This document shows, in pieces, positions 1-9,235 of a DNA stretch of 32,000 nucleotides. Source of the stretch: Thermoproteus tenax Kra 1 (GTDB taxonomy: Archaea > Thermoproteota > Thermoprotei > Thermoproteales > Thermoproteaceae); assembly GCF_000253055.1 (NCBI RefSeq), contig NC_016070.1, positions 1,200,001 through 1,232,000 on the forward strand. Reading direction: 5' to 3'. Below the pieces are notes generated by a model that did not search any database, had not been told where the DNA came from, and saw only the letters and a list, made by a program, of their open reading frames with translations. Both the position numbers and the translations under genes were made by a program. Position 1 is the first letter of the stretch. The number at the start of each line of letters is the position of its first letter.

Positions 1-115
1 TGCCCCCGCTCGGCCTAACCGCCTCAACTGTGTATTCGCCGAGAGTTCTCAACGCCTTTGCCGATCTGAAGTGCCACCCCTGCCCGTCCTCCTCAGCCAA
101 CTTGCCGTTTATCAT
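1..115 (-). CDS. hypothetical protein, N-terminal fragment (continues past window start)
   Basis: ATG at 115..113 lies 26 nt downstream of the deacetylase stop on the same strand. The frame is open to position 1 (MINGKLAEEDGQGWHFRSAKALRTLGEYTVEAVRPSGG...). It is too short to classify. Confidence 0.3.
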   Translation of the reverse strand, partial: MINGKLAEEDGQGWHFRSAKALRTLGEYTVEAVRPSGG

Positions 116-141
116 CGGCAAAGAGTGGTGTAATACGCTGA

Positions 142-756
142 TCACTCTGCGCTCCACGCCCCCCTTAGCGCCTTCTCCAGCGTTGTAAACCTCAGCCCGA
201 GCGCCCTTAAGAAAAATACCGCCGTCTTGACTACCGGAGGTTTTTCCTGATGCATGGCCAACACCACCATCCTTGCTCTTTTTAGTTTTAGCGGAACCTT
301 GGGCAGGTGTCTGATGCCCATGCTGCCTATCGCATATGGGTTAATCGCGTCGTTCCATCTGTTCACTCTGCCCATAGTTCTGCCGTAGGCATAATACCTT
401 TTGACCACCTCGACTACGACGTCGTTGAACGAGCCGTACGGGTATGCGATTCCGCCGACCTCGCGCTTGGCCACCTCTTCGAGCTTCCGCTTCGACTCGG
501 AGACCTCTCGTTCGACCTCCTCGATGGACAGCTCCGTCAAGTCTCTATGGCTCACTGTGTGCGACCCGATCTCGTGCCCCATATCTGCCATCTCTCTGAT
601 GAGCTCAGGCCTCGTCGTCAACAGCCTCCTCCCCCTGTACTGAGTAAGCCCCGTAATTATGAAGAAGGTCGCAACGATGTCCATCTTATAAAGCATCTTA
701 GCTATCTCGTAGTGTTCGATATAACCGTCGTCGAACGTCAATACGGCGTATCTCAC
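142..756 (-). CDS. polysaccharide deacetylase (NodB homology / CE4 family)
   Basis: 204-aa ORF with NodB-type motifs TFDDG near the N-terminus and GHEIGSHTVSH. The GTG start overlaps the upstream stop (GTGA at 753-756). Confidence 0.85.
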   Translation of the reverse strand: MRYAVLTFDDGYIEHYEIAKMLYKMDIVATFFIITGLTQYRGRRLLTTRPELIREMADMGHEIGSHTVSHRDLTELSIEEVEREVSESKRKLEEVAKREVGGIAYPYGSFNDVVVEVVKRYYAYGRTMGRVNRWNDAINPYAIGSMGIRHLPKVPLKLKRARMVVLAMHQEKPPVVKTAVFFLRALGLRFTTLEKALRGAWSAE

Positions 757-1919
757 ACGCCCGCCGCCTCCTTATAGACCTTTATGTAGCCCTCGGCGGT
801 CTTGCCTATGTCGAAGTGCTCCTCGGCCGCCGCAAGGGCCCTCTGGCTGAACCTTTTATACAAGCCGTCGTCTGTCAACAACGTCGTTAGCGCTTCTGCG
901 TATTCCCGCTCGTTGAACGTGTTCACCGCTAGGCCCGACCCAAAGCCTTCGACGAGCTCTATGGAGTAAGGCGCTCTATGGGCGACCACGGGCTTTCCCA
1001 AGGCGTAGGCCTCGGCTATCACATAGCCGAAGGACTCGTAAAGGCTTGGGTGTGTTAACAGCCTAGATCTGGCCATGATCTTAAGCGCGTCGACCCTCTT
1101 CAGCCAGCCGTGGAACACCACTCTATTATTTAGTTCAAACTTGGCGGCCAGCTCCTTGAGCACGGGCTCCTCGGGGCCGGAGCCAACTATGTGGAGTTTC
1201 GCGTCCTTGATCTCCTTGGCTACGTGTCGAAACGCCCTAATGAGTCTGGCGCCGCCCTTATACTCCATCAACCTGCTAACGAAAACAATATCCGGAGAGT
1301 CTCCCTTGACCTCGCCAACCTGTCTGCGTATCTTCCTCACAGATAAGCCGTTGTAGATGACCGTAGTCTTACTCTTAAGCTTATCCCTATCCTCAGGCGG
1401 TGTGTGGACCAGCGCATCGGCTAGGCAACTCTTGGATACGAAGACCAGCTTGTCGACCCTAGGCTTGGCGATCAACGATGCAAGAGCGCCGGGGAGCCTA
1501 TGTGTGATGTCGAAGAGCCTAAGCCAAATCCAGTCTCTGAGGGAGCCATAGACGCTCCTTAGGACTCCCAAGGATGGGCAACCGTGTATAGTAGCCACAG
1601 TAGAGGCGTGTCCGCTTAAGTGAGGCAGTAAGGCGAGTGCCCCGGTTGAGTCATGGATTACATCGAAACCATTCCTCTTGACAAGGCTCGTTATCTTGTT
1701 TGCATTGAGCATGAAGAACGTAACATCCTTAGGAGGAATCGACGGACTCCTGAATGTATTAATCTCAAGTCTGCCGTACTTAACGCTACTATCCTTATCG
1801 CCTCTAATGATAACCGTAACCTCAACACCACGTCGAGCGAGTTCTGTGGCTAGCTCATAATTAAAGGTGCCGACGCCGCCATATAATCCAAAGTCAAAGG
1901 CTAGTAATAATATTTTCAT
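753..1919 (-). CDS. glycosyltransferase, GT4-like (GT-B fold)
   Basis: 388 aa. The N-terminus MKILLLAFDFGLYGGVGTF and the C-terminal ESFGYVIAEAYALGKPVV block are typical of GT4 enzymes. Confidence 0.9.
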   Translation of the reverse strand: MKILLLAFDFGLYGGVGTFNYELATELARRGVEVTVIIRGDKDSSVKYGRLEINTFRSPSIPPKDVTFFMLNANKITSLVKRNGFDVIHDSTGALALLPHLSGHASTVATIHGCPSLGVLRSVYGSLRDWIWLRLFDITHRLPGALASLIAKPRVDKLVFVSKSCLADALVHTPPEDRDKLKSKTTVIYNGLSVRKIRRQVGEVKGDSPDIVFVSRLMEYKGGARLIRAFRHVAKEIKDAKLHIVGSGPEEPVLKELAAKFELNNRVVFHGWLKRVDALKIMARSRLLTHPSLYESFGYVIAEAYALGKPVVAHRAPYSIELVEGFGSGLAVNTFNEREYAEALTTLLTDDGLYKRFSQRALAAAEEHFDIGKTAEGYIKVYKEAAGV

Positions 1920-3051
1920 CTCTTTTAAACAGTTGACTAATTATATTATTAAACTTGGATAAAAACACAAAAGGAGATAGTTCTTTGTCAAATATGGTCT
2001 TAATTTTTTCTTTAATATCGATTATACTATTGGTATTGATACTATATAATATTAACTGTAGAAGTTGATTGAGATTGTTGAATATTTTTACATTCTGAAT
2101 AAGCTCTTTATGTTTCCTTATCAAATTCTCATATCCCCTAATTGCTAATGGATTGGCTACAACCGGGTTCCCGAAGTATAACGATTGGAGTATGGTTATA
2201 GATATGCCTGTCATTTCATTTCTAATTATTAAACTTGCAGTCACCGACTCGTTGATCTTTTCAAGTAAGGAATCTGGTACATTATGATATAAGTATATAT
2301 TTTTTAAACCATAAGATTTTACCAACGGCATTGTATAGTAGGCTAGTGGTCCTGTAACTACGAAATTTATCTGGGGGAATGCCCTAGCTAGCGGTATTAG
2401 CAACTCTGTAGGGCCGCTGTATAGTAGTGCGTTATCTACGCCTGTGTTAATCTGATGGCTTTCTTCTCTGTGATTGTCGTATAGCAACATAAACGTGGGT
2501 ATTATTGTGAATACCTTTCTTGATCTCAGCGTTATTTTCCTCAGCGTCTCCGCCACTGGTTGGCTCACGGCTATTGACGCATCGCTGTTTAGAACAGTCA
2601 TCGCGTAGAACGATATTGCAAACGGCGTTTTTAGATTCTTTATGAAAACGTACCTAAGCGCGTCCTGCATCATTACTAGCTTACTGTTTAATTTGTTGGA
2701 TAGTAGTTTGCATAGTGCGAACAACCCTCTATCACCGCATAGGATTATTTCTGGGTCGTACTTTATACGAGCGATGAGGCTAACAACCGCGTCGGCCATT
2801 TTTAGGGAGTTTGCCAACTGTAGCTCGCTTTTCATGAAGTAGATTCTATTAGGAATTAGCAACTGGTCGAAGGATGTGGCATATCTCCTGTACTTGACTG
2901 TTATCTTGTCATATTTGACCTCGCTTCCCGTCAATCCTAGATGGAGCACTGTGTGACTGTATGAGAGGGCGCCTAATACGCTAAGCGTCAGCCTGGCGCC
3001 TCCATGTACTGGCGTCTTCAGGTTGTGTATTGAAAGAGCGAGTATTTTCAC
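1894..3051 (-). CDS. divergent GT-B-like glycosyltransferase-like protein (low-GC gene)
   Basis: 385-aa ORF with a GTG start in a GTGA overlap at 3048-3051. It has a GT-like N-terminus MKILALS...HGGA and a C-terminal ...ILQSLYFGNPVVANP block. The sequence is very AT-rich, and the function is only weakly supported. Confidence 0.6.
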   Translation of the reverse strand: MKILALSIHNLKTPVHGGARLTLSVLGALSYSHTVLHLGLTGSEVKYDKITVKYRRYATSFDQLLIPNRIYFMKSELQLANSLKMADAVVSLIARIKYDPEIILCGDRGLFALCKLLSNKLNSKLVMMQDALRYVFIKNLKTPFAISFYAMTVLNSDASIAVSQPVAETLRKITLRSRKVFTIIPTFMLLYDNHREESHQINTGVDNALLYSGPTELLIPLARAFPQINFVVTGPLAYYTMPLVKSYGLKNIYLYHNVPDSLLEKINESVTASLIIRNEMTGISITILQSLYFGNPVVANPLAIRGYENLIRKHKELIQNVKIFNNLNQLLQLILYSINTNSIIDIKEKIKTIFDKELSPFVFLSKFNNIISQLFKRDENIITSL

Positions 3052-4538
3052 CTTTGGAGGAGAAGCTCCTTTCCAAAATCGAATACTATATCATAGTTTA
3101 TATTCGTGCTATTTATTGCCGTTATTTGCGGCGCTTGCATTCCGTTGATATAAGTAAACAAGTTTATTGCACTTATTAATTTATTTATTAATATATACTC
3201 AGTTCTAAATCCCTGACTTGTATATACTATTTGTTGTATATAGTTCTTTTGTGAATATACTATCAGGTTCTGGTTTGGTGTCGTGTGGTCTATTATTATT
3301 TGCGCCTTTATCATGTCTCCAGGCGTTATAGTTATTATAGGCGTCTTATGTGCTAAGGCGTAGTCTATCGGCGATATGTTTGGATCCCTCGCCGCCAGCG
3401 GCGCCGTTATTATGAAGAGCGCCAGCGATATTAATCCGACGGCCTTAAGCACCTTGTTGCTATGCCTAATACTCCTCATAGTTAATGAGAGAGCTATGGC
3501 AGCTACTGGATATATGAATGGTAGGAATGTATATGATGGTTCATTAAACAAGTAGAAGCTTGGATTGTGTAATATTCCATATTCTATGTATATTAAGATC
3601 ACTGCAGTTATAGTCGTTAAATAGAGTGATACATGCAACATATCAACTCTTCTTTTGACTATCACGGCGTATATAATATACGCAGTCGCTACGGCCAACA
3701 CAAAAGCCCACACATATGCCTGAAGCGGCGAAACGCCCGCCCTCACATAGAGCGGTACGTAGGAAAACGTTGAACTTGAAGGATCTGCTACACTCAGGAA
3801 AAAGATATAAGCAAATTTTTTAAATAAAGATATAAATGCATTAATTAGTGGTGATATTTCATGTTCCATAATACCAGGTGTAGCTACAGCCCTTATAGTG
3901 AAGATTACAAATAGTACTACTGTTAATGCAAATAATATTAAGGTATCTCTCTTACTTATTCCTATGATATCCATACGTAATTTAACTAATATCGGAGTCG
4001 CTACTAATGGTATTAAAAACAAAGCTGCCACTATGAAGTTTAGGGCTAGAGCTGTGAGCAGGTCTAAGATAGCGCCTGTGTATAGTAGCGTTACAGCAAT
4101 AAACAACGACGGAATTCTTGCATCGTATCCTTTTAGAAATCTTATTAACAGCGCGAGAGCAAGCAATATGAGCATCGTAGAGCTCCAATGATAGGGATTT
4201 TGGTTTATGGAGGCCTCGGGGGTTATTGCGGCAAGCGGCACCGCTAACAACGCTGCTCTCTCGTCGTTTGTCAAATACTTTGTGAGTAGATAAACAGCTA
4301 TATCATATGCCAATACCCACCATAAGAATACGGTCATGCCTAGATACCAACTATACCAAGGCACTCCTAAAGCTTTTGATAAAGAGGCTTGTATAAAGGC
4401 GATAACGGGTATCGGGTTATAGGCCACGTTATGGGCCCAGGCAAAATTCCAGTGGGTTTGAGTCGCCATATAATACACCATTTTGCTACCCTCTCCTACG
4501 CCTACGTCTATCGGCGGTATATTGCCGCTCATTATCAT
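3048..4538 (-). CDS. polytopic membrane protein (candidate glycan polymerase / GT-C-like), function unknown
   Basis: 496-aa ORF with roughly 12 hydrophobic segments followed by a soluble C-terminal domain. It is embedded between glycosyltransferase genes. No diagnostic motif such as WWDYG was seen. Confidence 0.7.
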   Translation of the reverse strand: MIMSGNIPPIDVGVGEGSKMVYYMATQTHWNFAWAHNVAYNPIPVIAFIQASLSKALGVPWYSWYLGMTVFLWWVLAYDIAVYLLTKYLTNDERAALLAVPLAAITPEASINQNPYHWSSTMLILLALALLIRFLKGYDARIPSLFIAVTLLYTGAILDLLTALALNFIVAALFLIPLVATPILVKLRMDIIGISKRDTLILFALTVVLFVIFTIRAVATPGIMEHEISPLINAFISLFKKFAYIFFLSVADPSSSTFSYVPLYVRAGVSPLQAYVWAFVLAVATAYIIYAVIVKRRVDMLHVSLYLTTITAVILIYIEYGILHNPSFYLFNEPSYTFLPFIYPVAAIALSLTMRSIRHSNKVLKAVGLISLALFIITAPLAARDPNISPIDYALAHKTPIITITPGDMIKAQIIIDHTTPNQNLIVYSQKNYIQQIVYTSQGFRTEYILINKLISAINLFTYINGMQAPQITAINSTNINYDIVFDFGKELLLQR

Positions 4539-4588
4539 TAGATGTTGTAATATATACGAGGCTAACGCTAGACCTCTCGGCTTAAGTA

Positions 4589-4846
4589 TTAACTGACACT
4601 GTGTTTAGCGTATATGTTGCTATAAGGATTATATACCATGGTATCGTCTCTCTGAGGTCTGTCAATAGCGTTTATAGCTAAACCTACAACAGATAGAATG
4701 AACGATATGTAGGCAAGCTTTTGGCTAATATGCTCATTGTCTGTACTATTGATATCAGAGTAATTACCGGCTGTCCACAGCAAGAGTAAATATACGGTAA
4801 CTATTATCGCGGCAAATATAGGTAAAGCTACTGCAAATGTAATCAT
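4589..4846 (-). CDS. small membrane protein
   Basis: 85 aa with two hydrophobic helices. Its ATG overlaps the upstream stop (ATGA at 4843-4846), which suggests translational coupling. Confidence 0.55.
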   Translation of the reverse strand: MITFAVALPIFAAIIVTVYLLLLWTAGNYSDINSTDNEHISQKLAYISFILSVVGLAINAIDRPQRDDTMVYNPYSNIYAKHSVS

Positions 4847-5982
4847 ATTATTGTCATATATGAATTAACCAGCCTCTCGGCCACTTGATCCCAAGTTATC
4901 ATCTCATTTCTTATTTTACTTAAATATAAGCTTATAGTCTTCCTCAGATGGTCGTCCTTCAGAAGTTTGATAACGGCCTTAGCTAAAGCGTCTTTGTCGT
5001 CTCTGGGTACAACTAGTCCCTCTAGTTGGTTTTTTACGTGGTATTGTAGAGTTCCTACATCTGTGACGATCGCCGGCCTTCCTCTGGCTTTAGCCTCGTA
5101 GACGAGGAGAGGGTATGACTCCCCCGCGTGTCTCGACGGCAGTACCACAAACTCCGACGCGTCTATCAAGGCTATTTTGTCTTCCTCACTTATGTAGCCT
5201 AGGTATCTGACTCTCTCTTTCACCTTAGCTGCCAACTTCAAGCTTCTTTTCAGATATTTCTCACAGCCTTTGCCCGCAATTATGAGGGTTGTGTCGGCCA
5301 CCTCATTAGCAATATCTGTATAGGCCTTGATGAGCAAGTCTAGGCCCTTGGTTGGATGTATTCTGCCTATGTATGATATTACCCTACCCTCAACGCCATA
5401 TTTCTTCCTAAATATGTCAGCCATATTAGGCAATCTTATGTATTGTTCGTCGACGCCGTGTGGCAACACTATGGCGCTTTTGCCGTATTCTCTCTGGAGC
5501 ATCTCCGCCTCTACCTCGTTGGTCACAAGCGCCAAGTCGGCGAGATTGACGGCTTTTTTCGTTATCCAATTTTGGTACTGATAGCCTAAGGTCCTTAATA
5601 TCGGATTGTAATGTCTCTTTAAGTATTTTATTCCTAAGAAAAACATAGCTATAGGTATCTGTAGATCTTTAGCTTTTTTTACTACTATATATGTAAATAA
5701 GCTGTTCTGGCTCCATCCCTGTACTATGTCTGCTGTTTTTAGCAGCTTTGTTGGGATCTCTTTGGGCATCGTTAGATCTGGGTAGTGGGCTCTCCAGGCC
5801 TTGACTCTGTGCACATGTACGCCGTTTATCTCCTCTCCGAGCTTGACCGAGTCGCCGTAGGCGCTCGTTACTACGTGTACTTCGTGTCCGAGCTTCGCCT
5901 GCTCCTCGGCCAGTTTTTTAATGGCGTTTTCTATTCCTCCTACGGTTGGATAATAGCTGTGGTGTACGTGTACTATTATCAT
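4843..5982 (-). CDS. glycosyltransferase, GT4-like
   Basis: I place the start at the internal Met (MIIVHVHHSYYPTVGGIE...) because it forms an ATGA overlap with the upstream stop at 5979-5982. The C-terminal block is GESYPLLVYEAKARGRPAIV. Confidence 0.88.
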   Translation of the reverse strand: MIIVHVHHSYYPTVGGIENAIKKLAEEQAKLGHEVHVVTSAYGDSVKLGEEINGVHVHRVKAWRAHYPDLTMPKEIPTKLLKTADIVQGWSQNSLFTYIVVKKAKDLQIPIAMFFLGIKYLKRHYNPILRTLGYQYQNWITKKAVNLADLALVTNEVEAEMLQREYGKSAIVLPHGVDEQYIRLPNMADIFRKKYGVEGRVISYIGRIHPTKGLDLLIKAYTDIANEVADTTLIIAGKGCEKYLKRSLKLAAKVKERVRYLGYISEEDKIALIDASEFVVLPSRHAGESYPLLVYEAKARGRPAIVTDVGTLQYHVKNQLEGLVVPRDDKDALAKAVIKLLKDDHLRKTISLYLSKIRNEMITWDQVAERLVNSYMTII

Positions 5983-7097
5983 CGCTGCGCTATTTCTTGG
6001 TAGAGTTTTTTGTACATTGGCATTATCCTGCTCCATGTATGTTGTCTTGCCCATTCTACGGCATTATTGCTTAACGTTCTGTGTAGGTCTTTGTTTGTGA
6101 TCAGCTCTACAACGCCTTCGGCGTACTTAACAGGGTCCGGCTCTGCGTATAGGCTTGTTCTGCCCGGCGGCGCTGCGTAGATCTGTCCCCCGCGGCCTGT
6201 TATTACGCATGGCGTCCCGTGGGCTTGTGCTTCAAGCAACGTTATTCCGAAGGGCTCGTATATCGCTGGGTGCGTCAACACTGCGGCTTTTCTGTAGAGC
6301 TCGTGTTTAGCCTCTTCGCCGACTACCCCCAGATACTCGATCTTTAATGAGTTCTTCCTGGCCTGTCTCACTATATCTTGGGCCAGCCCCTCGTCCGGAC
6401 CCGCCACGATTAATCTAGCGTCTTTTACCTGCTTATTGATATGCTTCATGGCTTTTATAAGCAGGTCTAGGTTTTTGGCTTTGCTTATTCTACCTACATA
6501 TAGTAGAGTTGCTTCGTCCTTTATGTTGTTTTGGTCTATTATACCCTCGTCAATCCCATGCGGTATCACTACGATTTTCCCCTCGCCGACGCCTATTTCA
6601 GTTAGCGTTTTCTCCTCATGCGGCGTTAGTGCTATTATCTTATCGTACTTGGTTAATACGTTCTTCAAAAATGTATCTATAAACTTGTAGTATGTCCATG
6701 TCACTATGCCTACCTGCTTCATCGTGTGGTATGGCGCATGAGGATGCAGTATTGCCCTAAATCCCAACTTGTCTTTCAACTTCGCTGTTTGAAATACGTG
6801 TGGGTGCCTCCAGGCGTGCACATGCACTACGTCGGGCCTTAGCCTTTTTATCGCTTGAGGTAGCTCTTCACTATACGTCCCGTGGCTCCAGATGAGTGTC
6901 GGCTTTAGTCTGATCACCTTTACGCCGTTTATCTCCTCCTCTCTGGGCAGTTTTCCTCTCCCTCCCTTCCTCAGCCTGTTGTAAGTCACTACGTAGACTT
7001 CGTTGTCTCTAGCTAGGTGCTCCGCCACTCTCTTAACCACCTCCTCCATCCCGCCGATTACTGGCGCGTAGAACGGCGCTATATGAATTATCTTCAT
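5979..7097 (-). CDS. glycosyltransferase, GT4-like
   Basis: 372 aa, with MKIIHIAPFYAPVIGGMEE at the N-terminus and EPFGITLLEAQAHGTPCV near the C-terminus. It is the first gene of the minus-strand operon. Confidence 0.9.
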   Translation of the reverse strand: MKIIHIAPFYAPVIGGMEEVVKRVAEHLARDNEVYVVTYNRLRKGGRGKLPREEEINGVKVIRLKPTLIWSHGTYSEELPQAIKRLRPDVVHVHAWRHPHVFQTAKLKDKLGFRAILHPHAPYHTMKQVGIVTWTYYKFIDTFLKNVLTKYDKIIALTPHEEKTLTEIGVGEGKIVVIPHGIDEGIIDQNNIKDEATLLYVGRISKAKNLDLLIKAMKHINKQVKDARLIVAGPDEGLAQDIVRQARKNSLKIEYLGVVGEEAKHELYRKAAVLTHPAIYEPFGITLLEAQAHGTPCVITGRGGQIYAAPPGRTSLYAEPDPVKYAEGVVELITNKDLHRTLSNNAVEWARQHTWSRIMPMYKKLYQEIAQR

Positions 7098-7244
7098 GGT
7101 CTCTCGGCACTAGAATGGAGTCCCATTTACGCCGTTATCTCAGTTAAAGTCCTTGGAGGTATTCCCTTCGGCAACCTCGCGCCCCCTCGCTAGTGCGCCC
7201 ACTGCCGCCTCTAGGGCTTTAACGCGCTTGGGACAGAGCCGTCA

Positions 7245-7832
7245 TCATGAGCAGAAGTGTGGATAGCTATGCGCCCTCATTCTGAAAATTTTGACCTTTC
7301 TGACAAGGGCCGTCGTTAATAGGGCTATCGTCAGGGCGTTGGTGGATATCAATACGGGTCCGAGCCCAATACCCCACGGCGTGTAGTTCAACGCTAGGCC
7401 TATCAACGGCAGTACAGCGAAACTAAGGCCTATCGCTAGAGCTAGTCTCTCCAGTGGACTTAGCTCGTCGCCCCTTGGGTATAGCGTTTCGACTATAGCA
7501 TAGCCAGGTAAAAAGAGGAGCATCAATGCTCCTAGTATGTACCGCACATAGATGAGAGGCGGCTCTGTTACCAAGGTCACAACAAATACTGAGGCCGCTA
7601 CTAGGGCTATAGAGAGCCAGTACCAAGCGCTCTCGATACTGAAGATATAGGCTATAGCGCTCCTGGGGGCTCCCTCCAGCTCCACCTCGCCCCTCTTCCA
7701 CATCATAAATAGCTCGTAGGCTACCAAGCCCTTTGGCACGCCGAGGCTTCTTGATACTTCATCGACTACCTCAGCCACGCTAGAACACACTCTCTTGGCT
7801 AGGACTCTTTCTAACTCTTCTCTCACCTTCAT
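7245..7832 (-). CDS. membrane protein resembling the N-terminal multi-TM part of DUF1616 proteins
   Basis: The start at MKVREEL forms an ATGA overlap at 7829-7832. The block LLFLPGYAIVETLYP...LERLALAIGLSFAVLPLIGLALNYTPWGI matches my memory of the DUF1616 membrane core. Confidence 0.7.
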   Translation of the reverse strand: MKVREELERVLAKRVCSSVAEVVDEVSRSLGVPKGLVAYELFMMWKRGEVELEGAPRSAIAYIFSIESAWYWLSIALVAASVFVVTLVTEPPLIYVRYILGALMLLFLPGYAIVETLYPRGDELSPLERLALAIGLSFAVLPLIGLALNYTPWGIGLGPVLISTNALTIALLTTALVRKVKIFRMRAHSYPHFCS

Positions 7833-8728
7833 CGCTTGTTTGGCGTAGGTTTTGTTACATTTATCCAAATCTGTACGTAGTCGCCTGTGTATATCAGAGT
7901 CATGTTGTCGGGGCTGTACATCCACAACTCGCCCACAAGTCTGTACCTGCCCGTGGAGTTGGGGACTACTACTATGGGGATCACCCACGACTCGTTATAA
8001 GGCAATATCCTTTGGTACACAGCTATCGGTGTGACGTTTAGAGGAGGTAGGGACGTCGTGTTTACGAAGTAGAGCTTTACCACGTACCAAGTGGGCACGC
8101 CCATGTGGTTATAGACGTAGACGTAGAGCTTTATAGGCTGGTGGAGAGCCGCAGCGGTGGGATAGCCGCCTATCTTCATGTCGGGCCCCAACAGCCCTAT
8201 TGCCGAGAACGGCTGGTTGTATTTGTTGAGCACTACCGGAGACACAGCCATTATCACTGCCACTACGAACACCGCCAGTAAGACTGCGGCAACCTCTGCG
8301 TCGAACAGCAAGGACCTAGCCCTCCCGTCTCCTCCGCCTCTTACTCTGTCGTTCCCCCTGAGCCGAAGCCACAGGGCTCCGATGAGCTCACGCCTTTTTA
8401 GATAGAGCAGGGCGGCGGCCGCTACGGCGAGTGCCAGCGCGACGATGTTAATAGCCATGTCAATAAGATAGTGCGCCCGCGCCTGTGGAAGCTCTGTGCG
8501 AGCCTCTTGGAGCAAGCTCTCCAGCAGAGAGGACGCGTTGATCCCATGTCCTGTCTCCTGAAGGTAGAGAGCTCTATTTAGGGCATCGACCATATTTGTG
8601 ACGTTGTACCCTAATTTGCTCAACTCGACAATATAGCGGTAGGCCTCCAAGTAGCTTTCAAGGCTCATCGCGAATGCTGGCGTAACAATCAACATCAAAA
8701 CGAGCGCCAGTAAGTAAGCACGTCCCAT
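7829..8728 (-). CDS. secreted/membrane-anchored protein resembling the C-terminal ectodomain part of DUF1616 proteins
   Basis: 299 aa with an N-terminal signal-like helix, two further TM helices, and then a beta-rich, N-x-S/T-rich domain (FSAIGLLGPDMKIGGYP...KLYVYVYNH...). Confidence 0.7.
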   Translation of the reverse strand: MGRAYLLALVLMLIVTPAFAMSLESYLEAYRYIVELSKLGYNVTNMVDALNRALYLQETGHGINASSLLESLLQEARTELPQARAHYLIDMAINIVALALAVAAAALLYLKRRELIGALWLRLRGNDRVRGGGDGRARSLLFDAEVAAVLLAVFVVAVIMAVSPVVLNKYNQPFSAIGLLGPDMKIGGYPTAAALHQPIKLYVYVYNHMGVPTWYVVKLYFVNTTSLPPLNVTPIAVYQRILPYNESWVIPIVVVPNSTGRYRLVGELWMYSPDNMTLIYTGDYVQIWINVTKPTPNKR

Positions 8729-8811
8729 TTGGCGGAACGCCTCGTTAATATTTTTGTTCGCCCAAGGCGCAGTTGGCCGACGCCATCTGCAAACTCAGAC
8801 TACGCGCGAGC

Positions 8812-9192
8812 TCATAGCTTTCCAGACAACGGCCATATTGAGAGCAATACGGCTCCTATCTCTATAGCCCTCCACCTCCTCGGCGTGTTTAATATCTGTA
8901 GGCCCAACGCGAGCGCCCTCTCCTCGTCTACCTCGACCCCCCTCTCCCTGGCCACGGCCCTCCCCAGGGCTATTGCCTTTAGGCGGAGGGGGGCCACCAG
9001 CTGTAGCACCTCCTTCACCGCACTCTCGAGGGCGGCGAGGAGGGTCTGCGACTTTATCCTCCCGCCCCTCCTCAGGAAGAGGATGGTGGCCTCTATCAGC
9101 GCCCTGGCGGTGGGGCTCACGAAACGCCAGACGCCTAGGCGCAGCGCTCTTGCCCTCAGCGCGACGAGCCTCAGCCCCACCGCCAGCGACAT
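8812..9192 (-). CDS. hypothetical helical protein
   Basis: 126-aa ORF. A TATA-like CTTAAAAATA (minus strand, about 9212-9222) lies 20-30 nt upstream of the ATG at 9192. The overlapping plus-strand ORF 8729..9202 has poorer composition. Confidence 0.5.
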   Translation of the reverse strand: MSLAVGLRLVALRARALRLGVWRFVSPTARALIEATILFLRRGGRIKSQTLLAALESAVKEVLQLVAPLRLKAIALGRAVARERGVEVDEERALALGLQILNTPRRWRAIEIGAVLLSIWPLSGKL

Positions 9193-9235
9193 GCCGTATT
9201 AAAGGTGGGGTATTTTTAAGTTTAGCAGTTTCCCT

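Noticed and set aside
7243-7249. Minus-strand AUGAUGA overlapping the DUF1616-like gene stop
   Set aside because: There is no D box within about 100 nt downstream. It is just the stop-codon context.
7833-7988. N-terminal extension of ORF 7245..7988 (and similar extensions 5983..6054, 13163..13294, 17867..17908, 28325..28666, 25765..25815, 11552..11734)
   Set aside because: The extensions overlap the upstream gene or the promoter DNA, look non-protein-like, and are made unnecessary by internal starts with ATGA/GTGA coupling or TATA spacing.
8729-9202. 157-aa plus-strand ORF
   Set aside because: It competes with the minus-strand 126-aa ORF, which has a correctly spaced TATA box and better composition. 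The plus-strand product is S/A/R/P-rich.
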